Shown piece after piece: positions 8,927 to 18,489 of a stretch of DNA of 64,000 bases. The stretch comes from Micavibrio sp. TMED27 (lineage in GTDB: Bacteria > Pseudomonadota > Alphaproteobacteria > Micavibrionales > Micavibrionaceae), in NCBI GenBank assembly GCA_002167715.1, contig NHCG01000002.1:987-64986 (forward strand). The letters run 5' to 3'. The stretch's first letter is position 1; every line of letters starts with the position of its first letter. The position numbers and the translations under genes are program-made. The notes under the pieces are model-generated. The model saw only the letters and a list, made by a program, of their open reading frames with translations, made no database searches and had not been told where the DNA came from.

Positions 8927-8955
8927 TTGACGCCCGCTTTTTAGTTATGTAAAAA
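8927..8955 (+). promoter_or_regulatory. Candidate sigma70-type promoter for the 8995 gene
   Basis: TTGACG (8927..8932), a 17-nt spacer, then TAAAAA (8950..8955), about 40 nt upstream of the ATG. This is a pattern match only. Confidence 0.3.
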
Positions 8956-8994
8956 GTAATTCCTTTTATAAATAGTATTTGTGTAAGAGTATAT

Positions 8995-11900
8995 ATGCCT
9001 ACTGATAAAAATAATAACGAAGCTCATACTGAAATGAGCCGAATGACACGTATCCGAAATGCTGCTTTTCGTCATAAGAAAAAAATAATAGGGTCTTTAG
9101 TTATCAGTGCAGGTATTGCAGTCGATAATGTGCATACAAATTATATGCAAGCGCATTATTTTCATTACGAAGCCAATAAGTCGAGTACGACCCTAGTGAC
9201 AGGCCCTAAAGCACTTGAAACAAAACTGACAGTAGCGCCGAGTGGCCCCTATAATATTCGCAACGGTTATACCAGAGCGCAAGAATTCGCAGATGCTCTT
9301 ACGGGCAGCGGCCAATGGCGGTTAACTGCTAGAGCTAGTCATATAGCGCCTAAAGCGTTTGGGATTGAGCTCTATCCACTTTATGAAGAAAAGCCGCAAA
9401 CAGGCTTTAGTATTATTGATCCATCAAGTGATGATATTTCAATTTCGCGTTTTCCAACTCAAATTTATCAAAATGCTTCTGAAATTCCAGAAGTGGTTAC
9501 AAGAAGCTTAATGCGCGTAGAAAATCGGCAATTAGGACAAGACAATCCTCAGACTAAAAACCTTGTTATTGAACCAGGTCCATTGCTCTGGAATACGACA
9601 AAGAAGATAGGTGAGAAGGCAGGGTTACCAGTTGGAAAAGTGTCTGGTGCATCCACGCTGATTACCCAAAAAACTAAAGCACGTCATACCGAAGGCGGCC
9701 GAACAGATTCTGTGCGTCAAAAGCTTATACAAATGCTTTCTGCATCAATGGAAATATATGCGGATGACTTGGATACGCGCAATAATATCCCAAGCATTGT
9801 GCAAGACTATAATAACTCTATGCCATTTGCCTCTTTTGGTCAGTTTGGCGAAGTTATTGGATTTGCGGATGCGATGGCGATTTGGTTTGGTAATGATTTT
9901 GACGATGTGACGCGCCTTTTATCTAAACCAGAAGATGAGCTAAGTGACGCAGAATTTGATCAATATGCCGAATATTACCGCGAAGCTCTTGCGCTTGTTA
10001 TGGCGCTGCCGCGGCCTAATGATTATCTTGTTATTGATAGATCATCTGTCGATGAGCGTATTAATAAGTTCCTGAATTTATTTGCTGAAGAAGGCATTAT
10101 TTCAGAGCGTTTAAGAGATGCAACTTTGCAGGCAACACTCCATTTCAATGATGAAGAGCTAGATACGCGTATATTACCGGAAAACCCATCATTCAAGGCA
10201 AAAACAACCTTAGAAACACAGCTTATGCGGGAACATTTCCATATGAGCAATAAATATGAATTTAGCCGTATTGATGGTGAAGCTGTGTCGACGTTAAATT
10301 CAGCTGTGACAGCGGATGTGTCAGAATACTTAAATAAGCTAAGTGATCCAGAGTTCTTAGAAGCGCAAGGCCTTACTGGTGTGCATATAAAAAGAGCTGA
10401 TCCAGAATTAGCGCAGGATTATATTTATGGCTTCACACTCTATGAACGAACAGATAGCGGTAATGTTCTTCGCGTAAAAGCGGATACTTATAACGGTGAA
10501 TTTGATATCAATGAACACTCACGCGTAGAGCTTGGCTCTGTTGCTAAATATAGAACGCTTATTACTTATTTGGAATTGATTGAAAGACTACATCAAACAT
10601 ATAACGATAAAACGGCGGCGCAGATAGATGCAGCTCGCAGTGAGCATCAAGATAACCTCACAGCTTGGATGCTTACATATCTTAGCAATCCAGAGACTGA
10701 TAAAACAAAGCTGGGCACTTTAATGGCCGCTATGGAGAGAAAATATTCAGCAGATCATCGTGAAGCCTTTAGAACTGATGGCGGTTATCAACGATATGCT
10801 AATTATGAATTTACTGACTACAAAAAAGAATTTTCAGTGAGCCAGGCGCTGTACCAGTCCTCAAACTTACCATGGATCAGAATTATGCGGGATATCCGTG
10901 ATCATATAACGGCTGTAGACCTTGGTATATCTGAAACGCTGTATAATGATATTAGCCACCCTGATCGGGATGGCTACCTTCAAGATTTCATAGCTTATGA
11001 AAGTCCGATCTTTCTTGGCCGATATAACAGGACATTTTTTCGCAAAGGTGCGAAAGCACCCGAAGATATTTTATCGGATGAATTAATTAGAAAAGGGAAT
11101 ATTGATGCTAAGAGTATAGCGGTAATTCATAGAGCATTGTACCCAGAGCGTGGCTTTGATGACTATAAAAAGCTGATTAATAAGCATAAGCAAACCTCTG
11201 AAATTGCGAATAAAACAGATGCTGAACTCAAAGAAATATATATAGAAGAGCTGGGCATCGAACGCACACCAAAGGAAAAAGGACATGCAACGGGCATTAC
11301 GCCTCTTAAGATCTGGATCGCGGAACAAGCAGTTAAAAACCCGGGCACCCGACCAAAAATTATTCCAGAGAATGTATTGGCCGCTGATTATAATTGGCTG
11401 ACATATTATGATGCAGACAGTGAAAAATCTGTTTCACGCGCATTAGACAGACAAAATAGACGCATTCAGCAGGTTGTTGAAATGCGCGCTTTCGAAATCA
11501 TTCATAAATCATGGGAGCGTCAAGGCTTTCCGTTTAATAAAATGGTCTCATCGCTTGCGTCTGTTCTTGGTTCGTCAGCTGATAGGCCTAAAGCCACAGC
11601 AGAGCTTTTGGGTATCATGCAAAATAATGGTCAAAAACTGCAAACACGTGCTTTCAATAAAATACATTTAGCTAAAGACACGCCGTATGAACAAATTTTT
11701 GAAGCTGTTGCAAGTCAGCCTGAACAGGTTGTCTCACCTGAAATTGCACAAATTGCGTTTGAGGCCGCTCAAGGTGTGGTTGAACACGGAACCGCTATGA
11801 ATGCTAAGGATTCTGTGAGTTTAAGTGATAAGCGTAAGCTGACTATTGCTGGTAAAACAGGGACGCATGACGGTGAAGCGCGCCGAAGAAATCCGGTTAC

Positions 11901-12363
11901 AGGAAAATTAGAAACAGTCAAAGATGATAGATTTGGGGTCTTTACCTTTGCGATAGGTGATTATCATTTTGGTACAATTACGATCGCTGTCTTAGATCAA
12001 AAAGCCGAAGATCATAAATTTACGAGTTCATTTAATGTTCAACTCTTTAAAAAATTAGCTCCTATGCTAAGACCCGTCCTAGACTCTGCTTATGGTATTA
12101 GTCCAGAAGAAACAAAATGTGTGCGTGAAGCAGCAGAATACGCAATGTCGCTGGGGTTAAATTATGATCACGAATATACAATTCAGGTGGGCGATAATTT
12201 ACACAGTATTGCTAGAGAGTTTAGAGAAAAAAGTGGTGATGAAACCATTACTGTTTCTAATATCCAAGAGGCTAATAACGATAATTATCCGGGCCTTAGC
12301 ACCCCTACTCTGGTTGCAGAAAAAGAAATCATTATTCCAATTCAATATAGCTGTAAAATATAG
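8995..12363 (+). CDS. Atypical class-A penicillin-binding-protein-like protein: N-terminal TM anchor, degenerate GT51-like region, SxxK/SxN/KTG transpeptidase motifs, C-terminal LysM
   Basis: TM segment IIGSLVISAGIAV. GT51-like motifs RVENRQ, GASTLITQKTK, RQKLIQMLSASMEIY and IVQDYNNSMPF. Transpeptidase-like GSVAKY (SxxK), QSSNLPWIRIM (SxN) and AGKTGT (KTG). LysM at 12175..12342 (YTIQVGDNLHSIAREF...). Confidence 0.55.
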   Translation: MPTDKNNNEAHTEMSRMTRIRNAAFRHKKKIIGSLVISAGIAVDNVHTNYMQAHYFHYEANKSSTTLVTGPKALETKLTVAPSGPYNIRNGYTRAQEFADALTGSGQWRLTARASHIAPKAFGIELYPLYEEKPQTGFSIIDPSSDDISISRFPTQIYQNASEIPEVVTRSLMRVENRQLGQDNPQTKNLVIEPGPLLWNTTKKIGEKAGLPVGKVSGASTLITQKTKARHTEGGRTDSVRQKLIQMLSASMEIYADDLDTRNNIPSIVQDYNNSMPFASFGQFGEVIGFADAMAIWFGNDFDDVTRLLSKPEDELSDAEFDQYAEYYREALALVMALPRPNDYLVIDRSSVDERINKFLNLFAEEGIISERLRDATLQATLHFNDEELDTRILPENPSFKAKTTLETQLMREHFHMSNKYEFSRIDGEAVSTLNSAVTADVSEYLNKLSDPEFLEAQGLTGVHIKRADPELAQDYIYGFTLYERTDSGNVLRVKADTYNGEFDINEHSRVELGSVAKYRTLITYLELIERLHQTYNDKTAAQIDAARSEHQDNLTAWMLTYLSNPETDKTKLGTLMAAMERKYSADHREAFRTDGGYQRYANYEFTDYKKEFSVSQALYQSSNLPWIRIMRDIRDHITAVDLGISETLYNDISHPDRDGYLQDFIAYESPIFLGRYNRTFFRKGAKAPEDILSDELIRKGNIDAKSIAVIHRALYPERGFDDYKKLINKHKQTSEIANKTDAELKEIYIEELGIERTPKEKGHATGITPLKIWIAEQAVKNPGTRPKIIPENVLAADYNWLTYYDADSEKSVSRALDRQNRRIQQVVEMRAFEIIHKSWERQGFPFNKMVSSLASVLGSSADRPKATAELLGIMQNNGQKLQTRAFNKIHLAKDTPYEQIFEAVASQPEQVVSPEIAQIAFEAAQGVVEHGTAMNAKDSVSLSDKRKLTIAGKTGTHDGEARRRNPVTGKLETVKDDRFGVFTFAIGDYHFGTITIAVLDQKAEDHKFTSSFNVQLFKKLAPMLRPVLDSAYGISPEETKCVREAAEYAMSLGLNYDHEYTIQVGDNLHSIAREFREKSGDETITVSNIQEANNDNYPGLSTPTLVAEKEIIIPIQYSCKI

Positions 12364-12502
12364 GCGTAACACACGACCGTAAATTTTGTACAATTAAAAG
12401 CTAAATAATTTCCACTCAAAGTAGCTATTCACTAAGATGAATGTCTCCTTTCTTATCTTTAAAATAAGAAAGCACTCATTTTTTGTGAAAGGACAAAGAG
12501 TT

Positions 12503-13354
12503 ATGAAACAGTTTCAAAAACTAACTTGGGTTTTAATTTTCACACTGAGTACACCATTTGCCGTACAGGCGGAAGATTTTGATTATAGTCAGGCGATCAA
12601 TCTTGCTGGTAAGCAACGGATGCTCACACAAAAAATGAGTAAAGAAGCGCTACTTATCTCTTTGGGCGTTGATAAAGCAGCAAATGCGGCAAACCTAAAA
12701 ACATCACATGACTTATTTGATAAAACGCTTAAAGGCTTGAAAAATGGTGATGACAGTTTAGGTCTTCAAGCGACGGATAACGCCGTCATCAAAAAATCAC
12801 TTGATGAAGTATCATACCTTTGGAAAAAATTTGGTAAAGCCGCCAATGACATTGCGGCTAGTGCTTCGACTTCGGACGAACAGCTAAATGTTATCGCAAC
12901 CTATAATTTAAATCTTTTGAAATTTTCAAATAAGGCTGTGAAACTTTTTGAAGCGTCTTCTGCGACCGGAGATCTTAGTCCTGAAATAGCAACAGCAGTT
13001 AATCTGGCGGGACGTCAACGGATGCTTACACAAAAAATGAGCAAAGAATTTTTGATGATTGCTAAAGATATTGATGCTGAAGATAATAGAAAAAATCTCA
13101 TAGAAACTATGGAGACTTTTGATACAACATTGTCGGGTCTGATAAATGGTAGTGATGAATTAGGCCTCTCCCCTGCTCCAACGAAAGAGATAAAAACGCA
13201 GCTTGAGAAGGTGCGCTCCATGTGGATTATTTTTAAACTAAAATTACAAGCACCTCCAAACGATAGTTCAATTGCTCAGGTTTCAAAAACAAATCTTCCG
13301 CTTTTAAAAGAAATGAATGAGGCGGTTGTTATGTACACTGCACTTGGACAATAA
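12503..13354 (+). CDS. Periplasmic stand-alone protein with two PilJ/NarX-type (nitrate/nitrite-sensor-like) four-helix sensor modules
   Basis: ATG at 12503 follows an AGGA SD; the listed 12437 start adds an unlikely 22-aa leader. Signal peptide MKQFQKLTWVLIFTLSTPFAVQA. Motif duplicated: AINLAGKQRMLTQKMSKEALLI and AVNLAGRQRMLTQKMSKEFLMI. Confidence 0.7.
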   Translation: MKQFQKLTWVLIFTLSTPFAVQAEDFDYSQAINLAGKQRMLTQKMSKEALLISLGVDKAANAANLKTSHDLFDKTLKGLKNGDDSLGLQATDNAVIKKSLDEVSYLWKKFGKAANDIAASASTSDEQLNVIATYNLNLLKFSNKAVKLFEASSATGDLSPEIATAVNLAGRQRMLTQKMSKEFLMIAKDIDAEDNRKNLIETMETFDTTLSGLINGSDELGLSPAPTKEIKTQLEKVRSMWIIFKLKLQAPPNDSSIAQVSKTNLPLLKEMNEAVVMYTALGQ

Positions 13355-13387
13355 TAATTAAGCGTGGTCTTATCATCTTATTAAAAT

Positions 13388-13430
13388 TCTATACTGGTTC
13401 TGTGCAAGTAATTTGCCAATCCAGTATAGA
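13388..13430. terminator. Inverted repeat between convergent genes (possible bidirectional terminator)
   Basis: TCTATACTGG (13388..13397) pairs with CCAGTATAGA (13421..13430). An inner GCAA/TTGC pairing is also possible. There is no clean T-run. Confidence 0.35.
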
Positions 13431-13466
13431 GCCTATTTAGTCGAGACTATGAAAAGTTTGGATTAT

Positions 13467-13847
13467 TTATAGATATGTATTTTGAATCTCTAACAGGTTT
13501 TCATTATCGATTGGTTTAGTGAAATAACGTTTCACAAAGCCATAAATACTGGCACGTTCAATATCAATCTCTTGGTCTGAAGACGCCAACATAATGAAAA
13601 CAGCCATTTTATGATCTGTTTTCTCATAATGTTCTAAAAACTCATGCCCATCCATTACTGGCATATTTATATCTAAGAGAATTACATCGGGTTTGTTTTC
13701 TATTTTATTTAAAAGATCTAACGCTTCTTGTCCGTCAGTAGCCTGAATAATCTCTATATCAGGGTTGAAATCTTCTATGAGAGTTTTTGCAAGAAATTGA
13801 TCGGCTTCATTGTCGTCAATTACCATGACCCTTATAAGAGTTGTCAT
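13467..13847 (-). CDS. Stand-alone response-regulator receiver (CheY-like)
   Basis: VMVIDDNEADQF..., PDVILLDINMPVMDGHEFL and K-P near the C-terminus. No output domain. AGGTGA SD. Confidence 0.85.
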   Translation of the reverse strand: MTTLIRVMVIDDNEADQFLAKTLIEDFNPDIEIIQATDGQEALDLLNKIENKPDVILLDINMPVMDGHEFLEHYEKTDHKMAVFIMLASSDQEIDIERASIYGFVKRYFTKPIDNENLLEIQNTYL

Positions 13848-13993
13848 TTTTCACCTATTGCTGGTGGCTTGAAATATAGCCGTTAATTAGTATGTGCGCG
13901 TTTTTTCAATGTATGCAAGTCTTAACTAGGCCCCCACTATACTGTTGTATGACGTTGGTATAATAGATGACAAATATGCTCAGCAATTTTTAT

Positions 13994-15007
13994 CTAATCG
14001 TAGCTAAGTTCCGTCGCCTTACCATGAAAGATATAATAGGACAAAGCCGTATAACCCAATAAGATAGGCAGTACGATAAGAGCGCCAAACAGCATGATAA
14101 GCAATGAATCATCGGCGGCAGCAGCCTCTATGATTGTCATTTGATCTGGAACTATATAGGGGAAGAAACTATAAGCCAGCCCCACAAAGCTCAAAATATA
14201 GACCAACACAGTCATCACTAAGGGAAGCCAGCAATATTGATCCTTAGGAAATGGCATATGCCGCAATAAGACATAGAGTGCAATGATCAAAATACCTGTG
14301 GTAAGTGGAATGGGCAATAGTGCCAAAATAGCTGGAAAACTAAACCATTTTTCAAAAATGCGTTCACTCATTAAGGGTGTTGTAATGGATACGGCCGCTA
14401 GCCCTAAAATAGAAAATAGCAAAAAGAACTTCGCCCATTTAACCGCTTTTTTTTGTAAGTCTGTTTCACATTTCATAATCAGCCAACATGCACCGATGAG
14501 GCAATATGCCGCCGCGACGCAGACTGCAATAAGGCATGAGAAGAAAAAAGCGCTCCATCCATCCTGAAACCCAAGGATATACGCACCGAGCATGTAACCT
14601 TGTGCTAGCGCCGTTAACAAAGAGCCTAAGAAAAATTTATGATTCCAGCGAGATTTTTTCTCTTTCGGTACTTTTGCGCGAAAATCAAAGGCCACCCCTC
14701 TAAAAATCAACCCAAACAGCATTACAGCTACGGGTAAATAGAGATGTGTTAGAATAACGCCATGTGCCATTGGAAAAGCAACCAATAATAGGCCAACCCC
14801 CAATATAAGCCATGTTTCATTCGCGTCCCAAAACGGCCCTATCGATGCTATCATTCGGTCTTTTTCTTCGTCCTCGGCATCAATAATCAATATTCCGACA
14901 CCCAGATCATAGCCATCTAAAATAGAATAGATAAGCATCGATAGCCCCATAAGAAATGCAAATGTATATGGAAGCCAGTAACCTTCTGCAAAGATTTGTT
15001 CGATCAT
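13994..15007 (-). CDS. cydB: Cytochrome bd-type quinol oxidase subunit II
   Basis: Polytopic membrane protein. The N-terminus ...LMGLSMLIYSILDGYDLGVGIL matches the CydB DGFD(M/L)GVG motif. It lies directly downstream of the subunit I gene. Confidence 0.9.
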   Translation of the reverse strand: MIEQIFAEGYWLPYTFAFLMGLSMLIYSILDGYDLGVGILIIDAEDEEKDRMIASIGPFWDANETWLILGVGLLLVAFPMAHGVILTHLYLPVAVMLFGLIFRGVAFDFRAKVPKEKKSRWNHKFFLGSLLTALAQGYMLGAYILGFQDGWSAFFFSCLIAVCVAAAYCLIGACWLIMKCETDLQKKAVKWAKFFLLFSILGLAAVSITTPLMSERIFEKWFSFPAILALLPIPLTTGILIIALYVLLRHMPFPKDQYCWLPLVMTVLVYILSFVGLAYSFFPYIVPDQMTIIEAAAADDSLLIMLFGALIVLPILLGYTALSYYIFHGKATELSYD

Positions 15008-15022
15008 TTTATATGCCTTCCT

Positions 15023-16414
15023 TTAATCTGCTTTGATCATGTTTGCATGGCGCTCTGCACCTTCAATAACCTGTTTTTCTGGGTCTCTTCCACTTCCGTC
15101 ACCTGCTTTTTTAGCAAGATAAAAAAGTGTCGTGACGTAGCTAATTGTTAAAAATGCATAGACACTTAAATACATCATAAGTGTTGAAAACACCATTCCA
15201 CCTGTAACGGGACCAAGTGCGTCTTTGGTCAAAAGCACGTCTTGTACTAACCATGGCTGACGGCCAATTTCTGTCACATACCAGCCAGCAATTGTCGCAA
15301 AGCAGCCAGAGAATGTCATAGCGATTAGAGCGTATAGATAAAGCTTAGGGAATTCTTTTTTCCTTAAAATGAAATAGCTACCAAGCCAGGAAACAGCAAG
15401 CATTAGCATTCCAATTCCAACCATTATTCTAAAAGAGAAGAAAATGGGTGTAACAGGCGGAATATGTTCAAATTCATTAAGGCCTTTAATCTCGCCATCG
15501 ACTTTATGTGTCACAATAAGGCTCGCAAGATATGGAATTTCTATGGCGTAGTCATTACTACGCGTTTCCTTATTTGGTAATCCAAAGAGAACGAGGGGTG
15601 CACCTTTTGTTGTTTCCCATGCTGCTTCCATAGCCGCGATTTTTGCAGGCTGATGATGCTTCGTGTTTATGCCATGTTCATGACCAGCTAAAATTTGAAG
15701 AGGTATAAGAAATGCCGCTATCATGATCGCCGTGCAGAGTGCCTTACGAACGGCAAATGACTGATCCCCGCGAAGATATCTAAAGGCAGAAAGGCCAGCA
15801 ATTAAGAAAGAGGCCGTTAAGCCTGATGCTAAAAGCATATGTACTAAACGATATGGCATCGAAGGATTAAAAACGACCTCCCACCAGCTTGTCACATGTG
15901 CTTGCAATAGACCATTTTCGTTTGCAATCATTTCAAATCCATCTGGGGTGTGCATCCAGCTATTTAAAACTAAAATCCAAAATGCTGAGAGCGTCGTACC
16001 GACAGCCACAAGCACAGTTGCTAAAGTATGCAACCAGCTAGGAACGCGCCGATAACCAAAGAGCATAATTCCCAAAAATGTGGCTTCTAGGAAAAAGGCT
16101 GTTAAAACCTCATAAGCCAGTAATGGCCCTGCAATATTTCCAACAGCTTCCATGAAGCCTGGCCAGTTTGTCCCAAACTGGAAAGACATTGTAACCCCGC
16201 TTACAACACCAATGGCAAAGCTGAGTGCAAAGACTTTCGTAAAAAAGAAGTAAGCCTGCATCCAAGCTTCATCTTTCGTCATGTTATGACAGATTTTGAA
16301 AAACAATAAAATCCATCCAAGAGCAATTGTGATGGATGGGAACATTATATGAAATGTGATATTGGCCGCAAACTGAATGCGCGATAATACAAACGGGTCA
16401 AGATCCAAGGTCAA
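15023..16414 (-). CDS. cydA: Cytochrome bd-type quinol oxidase subunit I (short Q-loop, CioA-like length)
   Basis: The N-terminus DPFVLSRIQFAANITFHIMFPSITIAL matches the CydA LSRxQFA..xxxH motif. At 463 aa it implies a short Q-loop. The TTG start overlaps the upstream stop (TTTGA). Confidence 0.9.
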   Translation of the reverse strand: MTLDLDPFVLSRIQFAANITFHIMFPSITIALGWILLFFKICHNMTKDEAWMQAYFFFTKVFALSFAIGVVSGVTMSFQFGTNWPGFMEAVGNIAGPLLAYEVLTAFFLEATFLGIMLFGYRRVPSWLHTLATVLVAVGTTLSAFWILVLNSWMHTPDGFEMIANENGLLQAHVTSWWEVVFNPSMPYRLVHMLLASGLTASFLIAGLSAFRYLRGDQSFAVRKALCTAIMIAAFLIPLQILAGHEHGINTKHHQPAKIAAMEAAWETTKGAPLVLFGLPNKETRSNDYAIEIPYLASLIVTHKVDGEIKGLNEFEHIPPVTPIFFSFRIMVGIGMLMLAVSWLGSYFILRKKEFPKLYLYALIAMTFSGCFATIAGWYVTEIGRQPWLVQDVLLTKDALGPVTGGMVFSTLMMYLSVYAFLTISYVTTLFYLAKKAGDGSGRDPEKQVIEGAERHANMIKAD

Positions 16415-16986
16415 ATCTCCTCTTTATTTTTTCCGCCACTAATAACAGTGAGCTTGTCTTTAAATTGGTATAGGCCATAAATCTTTGTGCCCATTTTTAA
16501 TAGGTTAACTAATCTTTGCGTTTCCATTTCCTGCATCTCTTGATACCAATTTGTGAGCATTTCGATGAGGTCATGCATTTCTTCCATTTTGCCTTGAGCA
16601 AAAGTCTCTTCTGGTGTTGTGGCTTGCTCCATGATGATTGAGCGCAGCATAGTCAAAGTCGGCTCCACTTCACGTTTGCGTCTTTCCTCAATCAGAGTAC
16701 GAACAATGTCCCAAATTTCTTCATGCGTACCGTAGTAATCTTTTCGATCATTAGGGATATGTTTAAGCTTAACAAGCTTCATTGCAGTTAGTTCTTTAAT
16801 GCCCATAGCTACGTTGGAACGTGAAAAGCCCAGTGCCTCGACAATTTGGTCTGCATTTAATGGCTGCTCTGATAGATACAATAGAGCATAAATTTGCCCC
16901 ACTGTTCGGTTTATACCCCAGCGGGAGCCCATCTCTCCAAAATGTAATACAAATGTTTGTATCAGTGGTGGTAAATTCATTTCCAT
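16411..16986 (-). CDS. GbsR/MarR-family winged-helix transcriptional regulator
   Basis: GEMGSRWGINRTVGQIYALLYLSEQPLNADQIVEALGFSRSNVAMGIKELTAMKLVK is a typical GbsR-type wHTH. The gene is translationally coupled to cydA. Confidence 0.7.
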   Translation of the reverse strand: MEMNLPPLIQTFVLHFGEMGSRWGINRTVGQIYALLYLSEQPLNADQIVEALGFSRSNVAMGIKELTAMKLVKLKHIPNDRKDYYGTHEEIWDIVRTLIEERRKREVEPTLTMLRSIIMEQATTPEETFAQGKMEEMHDLIEMLTNWYQEMQEMETQRLVNLLKMGTKIYGLYQFKDKLTVISGGKNKEEI

Positions 16987-17001
16987 TATCTCTAGTTTAA
17001 T

Positions 17002-17029
17002 TTCTGAATTTTCAGTATTTTCTGAAAAT
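17002..17029. promoter_or_regulatory. Two adjacent palindromes just upstream of the regulator gene (candidate operator)
   Basis: CTGAATTTTCAG (17004..17015) and ATTTTCTGAAAAT (17017..17029). They contain a direct repeat TTCTGAA (17002..17008 and 17020..17026) and lie 16-43 nt upstream of the ATG at 16986. Confidence 0.35.
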
Positions 17030-17271
17030 ATAGGTCAAAAGTGAGCGAAATCAATATAATTATGATAATTTTTTTATTTGAGTTTTTACTTTACCCCAAC
17101 GCACAAGCCGCAAAGTAGTCATTTAAAATGATTATATAAAGCAGATTAACAACTCTTAGTTACAATCGTGTTTGCTTAAACAAAAATGTCCCATGTAAAC
17201 ACAGGATGTTATAGTATTGATATCCTTGATATTAGAGAGTTAATTTTTTTAGAAAAAACAGGAATTCAATA

Positions 17272-18489
17272 ATGAAATATATTTGTTTTATTTGTTTGTG
17301 CATCATGGCTTTTCCTGTGATGGCAAATGATAAAATCATTCGTATATATCAAGATGCAGATCTATCGAACCATAGAAAATCATCAGAATCTATTCAAAAG
17401 GGAATTGAATTAGCTTTCTCTGAAATCGGCAATTCTATTTCGGGTTACACTGTAGAATTCAAGTATCTAAATCATCGCGGCAATGTCGTTCGCAGTAAGA
17501 TGAACTATGAAAAATTTATCAATGATCCTAAAGCGCTCGCCATTTTCTCTGGAATACATTCTCCTCCGCTGATTAAGAACAGAGATTTTATAAATAAAAG
17601 CAAAGCTCTAACACTTGTTCCTTGGGCGGCAGGTGCCCCGATCTCACGTTATCCATCTTCTGAAAACTGGATTTTTCGTTTGTCTTTAGACGATGCTAGG
17701 GCTGCGCCTGTCATTGTTGACTTTGCAATGAAGAATAAAAAATGTAAGTCACCGCATTTGCTTTTAGAAAACACTCCGTGGGGTGATTCAAATCTTACAG
17801 GGATTTCTAAGTCATTAATTAACTATGGCATTGTAAATGCGACCGCTACTAGATTTGGATGGAATATGGGAGAGCAGAGCTCTCGTATGATCCTTAGGGA
17901 AATCTTAGAAAATGGGCATGATTGTATATTGCTCGTCGCGAACTCAATAGAAGGCGCAATTATTATACAATCTCTTTTAGATATTGATGCTGAAGATAAA
18001 ATCAAAATTATTAGCCACTGGGGCATAACGGGCGGCAATTTCCATGAGATGATCAATGCTACGAAACGTACCAATATAGATCTCTCTTTTATACAGTCGT
18101 GTTTTGCTTTTACCAATTCGGTACAGAGTGATTTTGCTAAAGACGTATTTTCCAGACTAAAAAAGAAGTATAGAAACGAAATCAATAACCCAGAAGACTT
18201 GCATTCTGCGGTTGGTTTTATTCATGCGTATGATTTAACGCGTGTTTTAATTGCTGCAATTAAACAAGCAGGCTTAACCGGTGATATCAAAATAGATCGG
18301 AATGCAATTCGTTTAGCATTAGAGAATTTACAGTCTGAGGTTCAAGGACTTGTTAAAACTTACAAAAAACCTTTTACCCAATTTGACGCTAAGAATAACG
18401 TAAATGCCCATGAAGCACTAAATAGCAATGATTTCTGCATGGCACGTTTTGGTTATGCTGATGAAATATTAATTTTAGGGGATGAATAA
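17272..18489 (+). CDS. Periplasmic type-1 solute-binding protein (Leu/Ile/Val-binding-like fold), probably a sensor accessory
   Basis: Signal peptide MKYICFICLCIMAFPVMA. Size and alternating alpha/beta pattern fit Peripla_BP_6-type proteins. No ABC permease or ATPase is adjacent. The stop overlaps the start of the kinase gene (ATGAATAA). Confidence 0.6.
   Translation: MKYICFICLCIMAFPVMANDKIIRIYQDADLSNHRKSSESIQKGIELAFSEIGNSISGYTVEFKYLNHRGNVVRSKMNYEKFINDPKALAIFSGIHSPPLIKNRDFINKSKALTLVPWAAGAPISRYPSSENWIFRLSLDDARAAPVIVDFAMKNKKCKSPHLLLENTPWGDSNLTGISKSLINYGIVNATATRFGWNMGEQSSRMILREILENGHDCILLVANSIEGAIIIQSLLDIDAEDKIKIISHWGITGGNFHEMINATKRTNIDLSFIQSCFAFTNSVQSDFAKDVFSRLKKKYRNEINNPEDLHSAVGFIHAYDLTRVLIAAIKQAGLTGDIKIDRNAIRLALENLQSEVQGLVKTYKKPFTQFDAKNNVNAHEALNSNDFCMARFGYADEILILGDE

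Noticed and set aside
13848-13993. Possible cydX-type small subunit gene downstream of cydB.
   Set aside because: The minus strand has no ATG-initiated ORF here. The only candidate is a TTG-initiated 26-codon frame (LSIFVIYYTNVIQQYSGGLVKTCIH), which is not a convincing single TM helix and has no SD.
17217-17232. Direct repeat TTGATAT-cc-TTGATAT about 40 nt upstream of the binding-protein/kinase operon.
   Set aside because: It could be a regulator half-site pair. It is equally well explained as a -35-like TTGATA hexamer in AT-rich DNA, and no DNA-binding response regulator is nearby to support a site call.
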